Positions 37,512 through 46,320 of a DNA stretch of 64,000 bases are shown piece by piece. The stretch lies in IMG/VR virus record IMGVR_UViG_3300029543_000197, positions 950 to 64,949 of that record; one strand, 5' to 3'. Each line of letters opens with the position of its first letter. Position 1 is the first letter of the stretch. The translations under genes were made by a program, and so were the position numbers. Under the pieces are notes generated by a model, which made no database searches, had not been told where the DNA came from, and saw only the letters and a program-made list of their open reading frames with translations. The DNA is from a virus.

Positions 37512-37583
37512 AGGTCGATAGTTTAATTGGCAAAACAGCGGTCTCCAAAACCGCAATTATAGGTTCGATCCCTATTCGGTCTG
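37512..37583 (+). tRNA. tRNA-Trp (anticodon CCA)
   Basis: Acceptor AGGTCGA/TCGGTCT (two G-U pairs), D stem GTTT/AAAC, anticodon stem GCGGT/ACCGC, loop CTCCAAA, T-arm ATAGGttcgatcCCTAT. Confidence 0.6.
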
Positions 37584-38249
37584 TTCAAACATGATTAACT
37601 CGGTGAAGATGGATTTTTCAGTCCAGCCGAGATGCAATGGTAATGAGATAGGTTTATTCGGGATACTGGATAAACTGATTCTTTCCGGCGTGAGTGATTG
37701 TGCTGGTGGAGACGGAAACCGTCAACAACGCCTTGCAGTGTATCATCATAGAGAAATTAAAAGCAGAATCCTTGTGGTCGGCGTAGAATAGACGCTTGCG
37801 GTGCAAGAATAATCCATTCAGTTTGTGGTGTGAGAGACTACGAATGGCGGTGGAAAATCTCACTAAGCCGATTTGCCTTGAATCCGAGAAATCGGAGTAT
37901 AACACAAGAAATTCGTTAAAGTAGCGGTATGGCATTGTTTGAAGAAGATATAAAATCTCCAACGTAGAGATGTTAAGCAAAACATAATCTGAAAGAACCG
38001 TGAAATTTACTGGTACCAATCCAGTGTGTGCTTTGACAGTGGTAGGAAGCCTAGAGTCGCTCTCGAAAGCTCAGACCTATCATCACACTGGCAGAATATG
38101 GCTTCTACCTTGATGAATAAGGGGAAACCCTAATCATGTTTGAAGATGTGAAAGCCGGATTTTTAGCTGCGGAGTTATCCGGAAAAGTGGATTTTTACTA
38201 ATTCGTTATGCAACAATAGAACCGTAGCAGCGACAGGTGATTACTGGTC

Positions 38250-38332
38250 TGTCGGCTAATGACATGTAGCTCCAATGGCAGAGCGTCCGGCCGTTAACCG
38301 GATGGTTGCGGGTTCAAGTCCCGCCATGTCAG
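38250..38332 (+). tRNA. tRNA-Asn (anticodon GTT)
   Basis: Perfect acceptor TGACATG/CATGTCA, D stem GCTC/GAGC, anticodon stem TCCGG/CCGGA, loop CCGTTAA, T-arm GCGGGttcaagtCCCGC, followed by a T7 run. Confidence 0.55.
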
Positions 38333-38360
38333 TTTTTTTAATTGAAAGGAGAAATGAACG

Positions 38361-38873
38361 ATGACATTTAAAGAAGCATTAAAAGCAATGAAACGTGGAG
38401 CAAAGGTGAGACTTCCTGGTTGGTTAGCTTATTATTGGTACTGGGATGAGGAAAAAGAGACGGTTATGACGCATAGTAAGCCGTTGCTCACTGGAGGCGA
38501 AGAAAATGAAACTGATATTAACGACGAGAGAGTTGGGAGAGTTTTTGATGATATGCTAAGAGAGGACTGGATGATTGCAAACGAAGAAAATTGTCCGATA
38601 GTCTGTGACAAAGCAGTATTTTCATTTGGTGACGCTATCACATATCTGAAAAAAGGGCGTAAAGTGGCACGTAGAGGTTGGAATGGTAAGAAGCAGTACA
38701 TTCAACTTGCTACTGGTATTTCTTATAAGACAGCAGATGGAGAAATTGTAAACTGCGAACATGATGCTATCGGAAACATGGCTATTTCATTTGTCGGAAC
38801 ATCAGGAGTGCAGATGGGATGGCTCGCAAGTCAGGCAGATATGCTTGCAGAAGACTGGATGTTTGCGGAGTAG
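38361..38873 (+). CDS. Tandem DUF2829-domain protein (Tad2-like; candidate anti-Thoeris sponge)
   Basis: The N-terminus MTFKEALKAMKRGAKVRLPGW and an internal FGDAITYLKKGRKVARRGWNGKKQYIQL both fit the DUF2829 signature (EAL..LK.GKKV.R.GW). Two copies sit in one 170-aa protein. Confidence 0.55.
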   Translation: MTFKEALKAMKRGAKVRLPGWLAYYWYWDEEKETVMTHSKPLLTGGEENETDINDERVGRVFDDMLREDWMIANEENCPIVCDKAVFSFGDAITYLKKGRKVARRGWNGKKQYIQLATGISYKTADGEIVNCEHDAIGNMAISFVGTSGVQMGWLASQADMLAEDWMFAE

Positions 38874-38977
38874 CAAAAATAATAACTAAAGTACCTAATC
38901 CGTTAAAAGCTTATGTTGAGAAAACAGGACAGAAAGTAACTGGATTCCTAGAATTTCATTCAGTATGCGGATGTGGA

Positions 38978-39178
38978 ATGGATGAATTTATCCCGAAATT
39001 TGAAGTAACACAACTTGGAGTGATACCATTTTCTCTTTTCTCGAATGTAACTGTTGGCAATATTACATTCAGTGCTTATTGTGGTGATGGTTCTTTCATT
39101 GGCAGAGAACCGATAACAGCGGAGGCGATTTATGAATTTAGCAAAAATCTTCGATTTAGTGAGATGCAGTCGAAATAA
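38978..39178 (+). CDS. Small hypothetical protein
   Basis: First ATG of the track ORF 38819..39178 lying beyond the upstream gene; uncertain. Confidence 0.25.
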   Translation: MDEFIPKFEVTQLGVIPFSLFSNVTVGNITFSAYCGDGSFIGREPITAEAIYEFSKNLRFSEMQSK

Positions 39179-39665
39179 TATCTCATGCAATGCTAATACA
39201 TTAACACTTGATAATGCTAGGAATAAATATCCGGATTGCCAATATGCAGTAGTCAATGCATTGAACGGAATACCGGTATGGATATGCAAAACAATCGAGG
39301 GTGCAAAGGAAACTGTTGAAGAATGGCAACCGTATTATCATATACCACTTTCGATTGTTGACTTATGGAAGAACGAGGAGAATGCGATGAAGATATGTGA
39401 TGTTGTAAGGCTGTGCAAGACTTATGGAGAGAATACAACTTTAGCAGAATTGCAAAAAGAAATGCAGGGAAATAAAATCCATAAATGTCCAAAGTGTAGT
39501 GGGACTGGAAAAATCACAAAGAAGCGCAATAAAGCTCAGTACTGGGAATGTTGCGATGATTACGAGTATTACGATGTAGAATGCGACCTTTGCAATGGAC
39601 AAGGATATACGGAACATGTGTATAAACCTAAAATGATTCAAGATGGATGGGAACAGGAGGATTAA
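39132..39665 (+). CDS. Zinc-finger-containing hypothetical protein
   Basis: CPKCSGTGK...CDLCNGQG motifs. Confidence 0.4.
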   Translation: MNLAKIFDLVRCSRNNISCNANTLTLDNARNKYPDCQYAVVNALNGIPVWICKTIEGAKETVEEWQPYYHIPLSIVDLWKNEENAMKICDVVRLCKTYGENTTLAELQKEMQGNKIHKCPKCSGTGKITKKRNKAQYWECCDDYEYYDVECDLCNGQGYTEHVYKPKMIQDGWEQED

Positions 39666-39667
39666 TT

Positions 39668-39994
39668 ATGATGAAAGCAATGTTAAGTCAGCCAATGGCC
39701 GGAAAGACGGATGCAGAAATTGTAGCAACAAGAGAGAAAACAATTAAGGTTCTTGAAGAAAAAGGATATGAGGTTGTGAATACTCTTTTCACAGATGAGT
39801 GGTACAGCAACGAATCCATGAAAGAACGTGGCGTAGTACAGATTCCACTATGTTTCCTTGCTAAGTCCTTAGAGAATATGTCTCTGTGCCATGCAGCGTA
39901 CTTCTGTAAAGGCTGGGAGAATGCAAGAGGATGTAAGATTGAACATGCTGCTGCTGTTGCTTACGGGCTGGATATTATTTATGAGGAGGATTAA
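39668..39994 (+). CDS. DUF4406-like protein (nucleoside 2-deoxyribosyltransferase-like fold)
   Basis: ATG after AGGAGGATTAATT; MKAMLSQPMAGKTDAEI N-terminus typical of DUF4406. Confidence 0.4.
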   Translation: MMKAMLSQPMAGKTDAEIVATREKTIKVLEEKGYEVVNTLFTDEWYSNESMKERGVVQIPLCFLAKSLENMSLCHAAYFCKGWENARGCKIEHAAAVAYGLDIIYEED

Positions 39995-39996
39995 TC

Positions 39997-40266
39997 ATGA
40001 TTATTACAGGAATGAATCACTTTCAGAGTGTAGCAAAGAAGAAACTTGTTGAATGGTATCGGAAGAACAGACCAGAAACACCGATTGACTTAAGCAATGT
40101 TTTTGTGGTATGGAGTTGTAAGACTTTGCAGAACTACAAATGCCTTGCTTCAACTGATATCAGCGGTGATGGTATCTATGCTGAGTACATATACAACGGG
40201 GACAAACAGGAGCTGTATGAAGATGTGTATGGAAAGATTGAGAACACCTGTCATACAGAGGAATAA
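39997..40266 (+). CDS. Hypothetical protein
   Basis: AGGAGGATTAATC RBS. Confidence 0.4.
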   Translation: MIITGMNHFQSVAKKKLVEWYRKNRPETPIDLSNVFVVWSCKTLQNYKCLASTDISGDGIYAEYIYNGDKQELYEDVYGKIENTCHTEE

Positions 40267-40267
40267 C

Positions 40268-40432
40268 ATGATCGTTAATGGTTGGTATTACTGCCCGGCT
40301 GGTCATAAGACTGGTCAGAGGGTAGAAAAGAATTCCAATATTGAGAATGCACCGATATGGTGTAAACACTGTAAGAAAGCGTATTATCCAGTGATTAAGG
40401 ATGGGAAGATTCATGGGAAAGAAGAAACTTAA
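40268..40432 (+). CDS. Cysteine-rich KTR-type small protein (54 aa)
   Basis: CPAGHKTGQR...CKHCKK resembles the Cys_rich_KTR family (C-P-x-C...KT.R...C-x2-C). Confidence 0.45.
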   Translation: MIVNGWYYCPAGHKTGQRVEKNSNIENAPIWCKHCKKAYYPVIKDGKIHGKEET

Positions 40433-40592
40433 AAGGAAAATTGCCAATCTTGAAGATGACATGAGTTCTTTATTGATTGAAAATGAAAAACTTAGAAATA
40501 TTATTTCTGGGATGCAATCATATGTGAAGTCTTACTGGGGAGCTGAAATTAAAATCATTGATCAGAATGGAATTGTTGAAATTAAAGAATAA
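40401..40592 (+). CDS. Small coiled-coil hypothetical protein
   Basis: 63-aa ORF. Confidence 0.3.
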   Translation: MGRFMGKKKLKRKIANLEDDMSSLLIENEKLRNIISGMQSYVKSYWGAEIKIIDQNGIVEIKE

Positions 40593-40615
40593 TTAGTGCC
40601 AGAGTCTAAGAGCCA

Positions 40616-40657
40616 GAGCCGATATTTGTGAGAAATTGCAGATATTGGCTCTTTTTT
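40616..40657 (+). terminator. Rho-independent terminator upstream of terL
   Basis: GAGCCGATATTTG...CAGATATTGGCTC stem followed by TTTTTT. Confidence 0.55.
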
Positions 40658-40672
40658 GATTTAGGGAGAAAC

Positions 40673-43384
40673 ATGGAGTTTAGAGAGTATAAGAGATTAG
40701 CAAACGCATTGAAAATGCAGGATACAAATAAATATAGTACATGGGATAATATTATGCAGTTGTGCCTGAATATGTATGAGGATAATCATGACTATCTGCA
40801 ATACTGCCTGAAACTCTCAAAGGCGGTTAAGTTATCGGCTCAGAGATTACTGATAAAGAATCAGGATGTGCGGTTTGAAACCTTGTACTGGCAAGCTTTA
40901 AAGTTTGAGGCACCTCATTTGTTTGACAGCTATCTACTTTATCTTGAGCGAAAACGATTAGAACAGGATCGCTTCTACTCCCCGAAAAGGAAACAACTGA
41001 ATAAGCATGGATTGATTCAGGCAATGCAGGATCTTGAGGATGACAAACTTGACATCCTTTCAATTTCCATGCCACCGGGAACGCAGAAGTGTCAACCTTT
41101 ATATTCAAAGATATTGACGCCAAATGGATTTATACAAATGGGGGACGTCAAAGTAGGTACAAAGGTAATTTCTGGAACAGGAAAAGTAGCAACCGTACTT
41201 AGTATCTCACCAAGAAAGAAGCGAAAGATGTATGAGGTGACCTTCGATGATGGTTCCAAGACGAGATGTTCGGATAATCACTTATGGACGGTACAAACAA
41301 GAGATGATCGCAGACGAAAGAATAAAGATGGTAGCGAAAAATACAGGACAGTAGAGCTGTCTGAAATGCTTAAAAATTACAAGTTGGAGAATGGAAAGAG
41401 AAAAAATTATTCAATAGATTATGTTCCTAAGATCGATTGTTTTGAGAAAAAAGAATTTTCCCTGCACCCGTATGTTGTCGGTGCACTTATCGGAGATGGC
41501 GGATTAACTGGTGGTAGTGTTTTGCTAAGCTCTGTAGACAAAGAATTGTTGGATAGATTTGACAGTTTTTTACCTGATGGATATAGCTTGAAATATAAAG
41601 AGAGATGTACATATTTTGTTAGTGGACATGAAGGCGATAATGCAAAAGTTGGAAGCTTAGTCAGAAAAGAACTTGATAGGCTCGGATTATTCGGAAAGAA
41701 GAGTATAGATAAATTCATACCGAAAGATTATCTATATGGAAGTTATGAGCAGAGATTGTGGCTTTTGAGAGGTCTTATGGATACAGACGGATCTGCTTCA
41801 AAATATTATTGTACATACGCTACAATTTCAGAACATCTTGCAAATGATGTATGCGAACTTGTTCATTCTCTTGGAGGTTATGCAAGTAAAAACAAACGTA
41901 AAGCCGGATATAAGAAAAATGGTAAGTATAAACAATGCAATGATTATTTTGAGATTATCATACAATTTACCTCTGGCATGGATAGTATATTTTCTCTGAC
42001 AAGAAAAGCTGAAAAATATACTCCAAAAAGAAAAGTTATGAAGAGATTCATATCAGAGATAGAATACATCGGTGAAGAAGAGTGCCAATGCATTTACATT
42101 GATGATGAAAGTCATTTATATATTACAGATGATTATATCATTACGCATAACACCACTCTTGAAAAGTTTTTCTGTTCATGGATAATCGGAAGACACCCGG
42201 ATGATTTCAGTTTGTTTTTCTCACACAGTGGAGATATTACCAGAATGTTCTATGACGGGGTTATGGATATTACAACGAACTCAGATGAATATTGCTGGCA
42301 AGAGATTTTCCCAGACGTGAAATTTCATAGCACAAATGCCAAGAGAGAAACCATAAATTTCAATAAATACAAACCGTTCTCAAATATCCAGTGTACATCT
42401 GTTGGAAGTAAGAATGCCGGTAAAGTCCGTGCAAATAGATATCTGTATTGTGATGATTTGATTGGTGGTATCGAAGAAGCATTGAATAAAAATATTCTGG
42501 ACAAGCTTTGGAGAATCTACGGTACTGACGCCAAACAGAGAAAAATGGATGGCTGCAAAGAAATCCATATTGCTACGAGATGGTCCGTGCATGATGTCAT
42601 TGGGCGACTAATTGATATTTACGATGGAAATGACAGGGCAAGATTTATTGCCATACCGGACATAGACCCTATCACTGGGGAGTCGAATTTCGATTACAAG
42701 TACAATGGTTTCAGCGTTGAGTTTTTCCATGACCAGGAACTCACAATGGATGAGATCACCTACAAGTGTCTGTATAAGAATGAACCTATCGAACGTGAAG
42801 GACTCCTGTATACAGATGAAGAATTGCGGAGATTCATTACGTTGCCGGTTACTGAGCCTGACGCTGTATGGGGCATCTGCGATACGAAAAATAAAGGTAC
42901 TGACTATTTGTTTTTGCCTTGTATGTTGCAGTACGGAAACGACTTTTATCTTACAGACTGTGTTTGTGATGATAATTCCAATTACGGAATCCAGTATGAG
43001 CGGACATCGGATTTGATAGTTAATACTAAAATGCAACAGTGTCAGTTCGAGTCAAACAATGGTGGGGACCGTGTAGCACTTGAAGTAAGTAAGCTTGTTG
43101 AGCAAAAAGGCGGTGCCTGCAACATAACCACAAAGTACACGGAATCTAATAAGGAAACAAAGATTATTGTCAATGCAGATTGGGTAAAGAAGCACGTCCT
43201 CTTTAGGGATCGTGAACATTATAAACCGAAAGATGATTACGGAAGAATGATGGGATTTCTGTTGAGTTATTCAGTGCGTGGGAAGAATCCACACGATGAT
43301 GTGCCGGACGGATTGGCGAGTTTTGCATTATTTGTTACAACTGGTTTCGTTAGGGCGGCACAAATTATACAAAGTCCAATTTAA
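40673..43384 (+). CDS. terL: Terminase large subunit, interrupted by an in-frame intein
   Basis: ATG after TAGGGAGAAAC. The N-terminal ATPase region (...SMPPGTQK) is followed by a 354-aa insertion beginning with Cys. After the insertion the terminase sequence resumes (...TTLEKFFCSW...) through to a C-terminal nuclease-like domain. Confidence 0.8.
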   Translation: MEFREYKRLANALKMQDTNKYSTWDNIMQLCLNMYEDNHDYLQYCLKLSKAVKLSAQRLLIKNQDVRFETLYWQALKFEAPHLFDSYLLYLERKRLEQDRFYSPKRKQLNKHGLIQAMQDLEDDKLDILSISMPPGTQKCQPLYSKILTPNGFIQMGDVKVGTKVISGTGKVATVLSISPRKKRKMYEVTFDDGSKTRCSDNHLWTVQTRDDRRRKNKDGSEKYRTVELSEMLKNYKLENGKRKNYSIDYVPKIDCFEKKEFSLHPYVVGALIGDGGLTGGSVLLSSVDKELLDRFDSFLPDGYSLKYKERCTYFVSGHEGDNAKVGSLVRKELDRLGLFGKKSIDKFIPKDYLYGSYEQRLWLLRGLMDTDGSASKYYCTYATISEHLANDVCELVHSLGGYASKNKRKAGYKKNGKYKQCNDYFEIIIQFTSGMDSIFSLTRKAEKYTPKRKVMKRFISEIEYIGEEECQCIYIDDESHLYITDDYIITHNTTLEKFFCSWIIGRHPDDFSLFFSHSGDITRMFYDGVMDITTNSDEYCWQEIFPDVKFHSTNAKRETINFNKYKPFSNIQCTSVGSKNAGKVRANRYLYCDDLIGGIEEALNKNILDKLWRIYGTDAKQRKMDGCKEIHIATRWSVHDVIGRLIDIYDGNDRARFIAIPDIDPITGESNFDYKYNGFSVEFFHDQELTMDEITYKCLYKNEPIEREGLLYTDEELRRFITLPVTEPDAVWGICDTKNKGTDYLFLPCMLQYGNDFYLTDCVCDDNSNYGIQYERTSDLIVNTKMQQCQFESNNGGDRVALEVSKLVEQKGGACNITTKYTESNKETKIIVNADWVKKHVLFRDREHYKPKDDYGRMMGFLLSYSVRGKNPHDDVPDGLASFALFVTTGFVRAAQIIQSPI
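41090..42151 (+). other. Intein (354 aa) with LAGLIDADG homing-endonuclease domain inside TerL
   Basis: Starts with C (CQPLY...) and ends with HN, followed by T as the +1 residue. Two LAGLIDADG-type motifs: LHPYVVGALIGDGGL and RLWLLRGLMDTDGSA. The insertion is in the terminase P-loop region. Confidence 0.75.
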
Positions 43385-43398
43385 GGAGGATACAGAGA

Positions 43399-43833
43399 AT
43401 GGAAATTACGAGAAGAGATATCGCAAATTATAAGTTACTTGGAATCCTTCTTGAAAAGGATAAGAAAAAGCTTGAACGGTACATAGAAAAGCGTCCATCT
43501 TATTATTCAGGAAAGGTTTATGGGTCAAATCCGCAGTTCCCGTATGAAACAAGAGGATTTACTATTACTGGGTGTGCGGAGTATGAGCGGCAGCAGATGA
43601 AGAAATGGGAAGAAGATTGCCGAATAATTGAAGAGCAGATCCAATCAGACATTCGGTATCTGAATGAGCTGGAACTTGCGATTGACAATGTGATAGCAAA
43701 TTGCAAAGACGTCGAGGACAAGGCGATTCTTGAGTACACAAAGGACGGGTTGTGTCAACAGGAGATTGCAGAAATAATGTGTATGGAGCGTTCTACTGTA
43801 TCAAAGAGGTTGTCAAAATATGTTTCCCGATAA
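43399..43833 (+). CDS. ArpU-like / sigma-70 region-4-like phage late transcriptional regulator
   Basis: 144 aa with a C-terminal HTH (LCQQEIAEIMCMERSTVSKRLSK) resembling sigma region 4 / ArpU-family regulators. Confidence 0.4.
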   Translation: MEITRRDIANYKLLGILLEKDKKKLERYIEKRPSYYSGKVYGSNPQFPYETRGFTITGCAEYERQQMKKWEEDCRIIEEQIQSDIRYLNELELAIDNVIANCKDVEDKAILEYTKDGLCQQEIAEIMCMERSTVSKRLSKYVSR

Positions 43834-43973
43834 GGTTTCACACAATTCACAATTAAGAGTGCTATACTTATAATCGAAGAAATTGTAATTCGTTCATTTT
43901 TTCAAGGATTGAGTCTTGCGTGGCGTCATCACGTGAGGCTCTTTCTTTTTTACACAAAGGTAGGTGAGATTCG

Positions 43974-45566
43974 GTGTCCGAGGACAATAAAGCATATGTA
44001 TATCCTGAATTAACTGGCAGACGCCGGATTTATACGGATGTGGAAAAGATTACAAAAGAAAATATCTTTCAGGTGTTGGAAGAAGCGATGCTTGTCCACA
44101 TGGAAAATGCAAACAATATGGTTACCTTGATGCGGTACGAAAAAGGTATTCAGCCACTTGTGAGAAAGAAAACGATCCGTAAGGACGTTGATATTAGAGT
44201 ACAAGATAATCTCGCAAACCAAATTACCGAGTTTAAGCTCGGATATGTTTGGGGGCAGCCAATCACCTATGTGCAACGTGGAAATAAGGATTTGAGCAAA
44301 TCTACAGATAAACAGAATGATTCACAGGATGATGCGATTTCCATGTTGAATGAGCTGAATGATTCAGAATATGCTTTTTCAAAAGATCAGGAGCTTGGCA
44401 GATTTGTTGAAATTAACGGAATTGGTTATCAGTTCGTTGATATCAAAAAGGTTTATGATGGTTTAGCTCCATTTGATCTTGCAACGCTAAATCCCTTGTT
44501 TACGTTCTGCATCTACAGAAATTCAGCGTTACAAGAAAAGATTGCTGGTGTTACTTTCCGCAGGACGAAGGACGGAACGGTGTACTATACAGTGTTCACG
44601 CCGGATACTCGCTATGAGATTAAAGATATGCGAGAAATTATAAATGGAAATAAGCCTGAAAATCCGTGGTCATTTATGGGGAGAAGCGGAGAGGCAAATC
44701 CGTTCGGCAAGATCCCGATTGTGGAGTTTAACCGGGCAACGGACAGAATGGGATGCTTTGAACGGCAGATTTCTGATATGAACGCACTGAACGTAGAGGT
44801 GTCTGATTTCGCCAACAGCGTAGCACAGACAACTCAGGAAGTATTTTTTGGTACAGGATTCGACTTGCCGAAAGATAGTGATGGTAAAACTCAGTCTCCT
44901 ATTGGAGGGCAATGGATTATCGCACCGCAGAGTGGGAATGGTGGAACGCCAATGTTAAAGGCTGTTTCAAGCACATTTGATTATCAGGGCGTGCAAGAAA
45001 ATATCGTAAGCAAGCGTAACATGATTTTACAAAAGGCTTACGTCCCAATTCAGACAGATCCCGGTGGCGGCTCTACTGGATCTGCAATGAATATGTCTTC
45101 TGGTTGGAGTGCTGCTGAAAACAGTGCTTGCAAGGAAGAACAGATTTTACGCCGAGGAAAAGCGGAGATTGTAGAACTTGAACTGATTGCAATTCAAAAA
45201 ACAAACAGTATCCCATATGACAGTCCGCTTCGGGAATTAAAGTTTTCTGATGTTAAGCCAAAATTCATCAGGAACAAGACTTATGATCTTGCTACAAAGG
45301 TTAATTCAATGGTTGCAATGATTAATTCCGGAGTGCATGGACGTGTCGCTATGGAGCAGGTTGATTTATTCCCAGATGTGGCACAGGCATGGGCTGACAG
45401 TCGAAAAACGATTGAACAGTATCAGGAATCGCTTATAAAGAAAGATACTCAGCAGCAACCACAGAAAAGGGAGATGGCTGACCTGTCCGATCAAACGGGC
45501 AATTCACCGATTTTAGACGGAATGAGTACCAATGATGGCGGTGGTGACGATGTTCAAGAATCTTAG
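43974..45566 (+). CDS. Portal protein
   Basis: 530 aa following terL; SPP1 gp6-like size and position. Confidence 0.7.
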   Translation: MSEDNKAYVYPELTGRRRIYTDVEKITKENIFQVLEEAMLVHMENANNMVTLMRYEKGIQPLVRKKTIRKDVDIRVQDNLANQITEFKLGYVWGQPITYVQRGNKDLSKSTDKQNDSQDDAISMLNELNDSEYAFSKDQELGRFVEINGIGYQFVDIKKVYDGLAPFDLATLNPLFTFCIYRNSALQEKIAGVTFRRTKDGTVYYTVFTPDTRYEIKDMREIINGNKPENPWSFMGRSGEANPFGKIPIVEFNRATDRMGCFERQISDMNALNVEVSDFANSVAQTTQEVFFGTGFDLPKDSDGKTQSPIGGQWIIAPQSGNGGTPMLKAVSSTFDYQGVQENIVSKRNMILQKAYVPIQTDPGGGSTGSAMNMSSGWSAAENSACKEEQILRRGKAEIVELELIAIQKTNSIPYDSPLRELKFSDVKPKFIRNKTYDLATKVNSMVAMINSGVHGRVAMEQVDLFPDVAQAWADSRKTIEQYQESLIKKDTQQQPQKREMADLSDQTGNSPILDGMSTNDGGGDDVQES

Positions 45567-46185
45567 ATTTGATGAATTAAACGCTCTTGTCCAAAATAAA
45601 CGAAGTATGCCTTTTGAACAGTATTTCGGAGAAATGAATCTTACGGAAGATGACAAGGCCGAAAGAATCAAGATTGCACAAGAGCTTGAAGATAATTTCA
45701 TTGTAACTATGACCTTATTATTTACAATGACTCAGGCAGGGAAAATCCATTACGAGATTGTTCGTAAGCAAATTGAAGATTCTTATTTGGAAACTTTACG
45801 GAAATATACGGACGTTGACAAATATCTTTCTACCTATATCAAAGGTTTTTCCTATGATGTTATTGATAGCACTAGGAAACACAAGGATCAGCCTTATTAC
45901 TACTCATTAGACAGGGCAAAATATATGGCTGAAAATGAAGTCAATACAGCTACCAATCATACAAGATATATGGAGGCCGTTAATTCCGGGCGAACCATGA
46001 AACGATGGGAGTCGATTATGGATGAGGTGACAAGGGGGGATCATCGAGATATTAATGGCAAATATATCCCGATAGGACAGGCTTTTCATGTTGGGGATTC
46101 ATGGATGTTATTCCCAAAAGACATGTCGATGAATCCTAGTCTGAATCAAGTGGTAAATTGCAGATGCACAGTTATTTATTTTTAG
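45550..46185 (+). CDS. Head morphogenesis protein (Mu F / SPP1 gp7-like minor capsid protein)
   Basis: ATG after GGTGGTGA; TRGDHRDINGKYIPIGQAF resembles the Mu-F domain core. Confidence 0.6.
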   Translation: MFKNLRFDELNALVQNKRSMPFEQYFGEMNLTEDDKAERIKIAQELEDNFIVTMTLLFTMTQAGKIHYEIVRKQIEDSYLETLRKYTDVDKYLSTYIKGFSYDVIDSTRKHKDQPYYYSLDRAKYMAENEVNTATNHTRYMEAVNSGRTMKRWESIMDEVTRGDHRDINGKYIPIGQAFHVGDSWMLFPKDMSMNPSLNQVVNCRCTVIYF

Positions 46186-46320
46186 AAATTACAGTCACAA
46201 AAATGTGGCTGTTTTTTTATATGGCACAGAGAAGTGCCTTAACAAACGCGAAAGTCAGAGAAGACTATAATCGCGAAATGTAACTGATGAGAGAGAACTC
46301 TAAACGCGAAAGAAAGGAAC

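Noticed and set aside
36673-37962. 13-nt exact direct repeat TAAAATCTCCAAC at 36673 and 37950, flanking most of the tRNA cluster; a possible att-like or insertion scar.
   Set aside because: A 13-mer in an AT-rich 64-kb sequence is expected to recur by chance (tens of such pairs are expected). No accompanying integrase or longer flank homology supports an insertion.
37591-38019. Track ORFs 37591-37791 (+) and 37654-38019 (-) between the tRNAs.
   Set aside because: They overlap each other on opposite strands, have no RBS and low-complexity products. The region is better treated as non-coding.
40628-40672. GTG start at 40628 for terL (track ORF start).
   Set aside because: It lies inside the upstream terminator hairpin; the ATG at 40673 has a proper GGGAG RBS.
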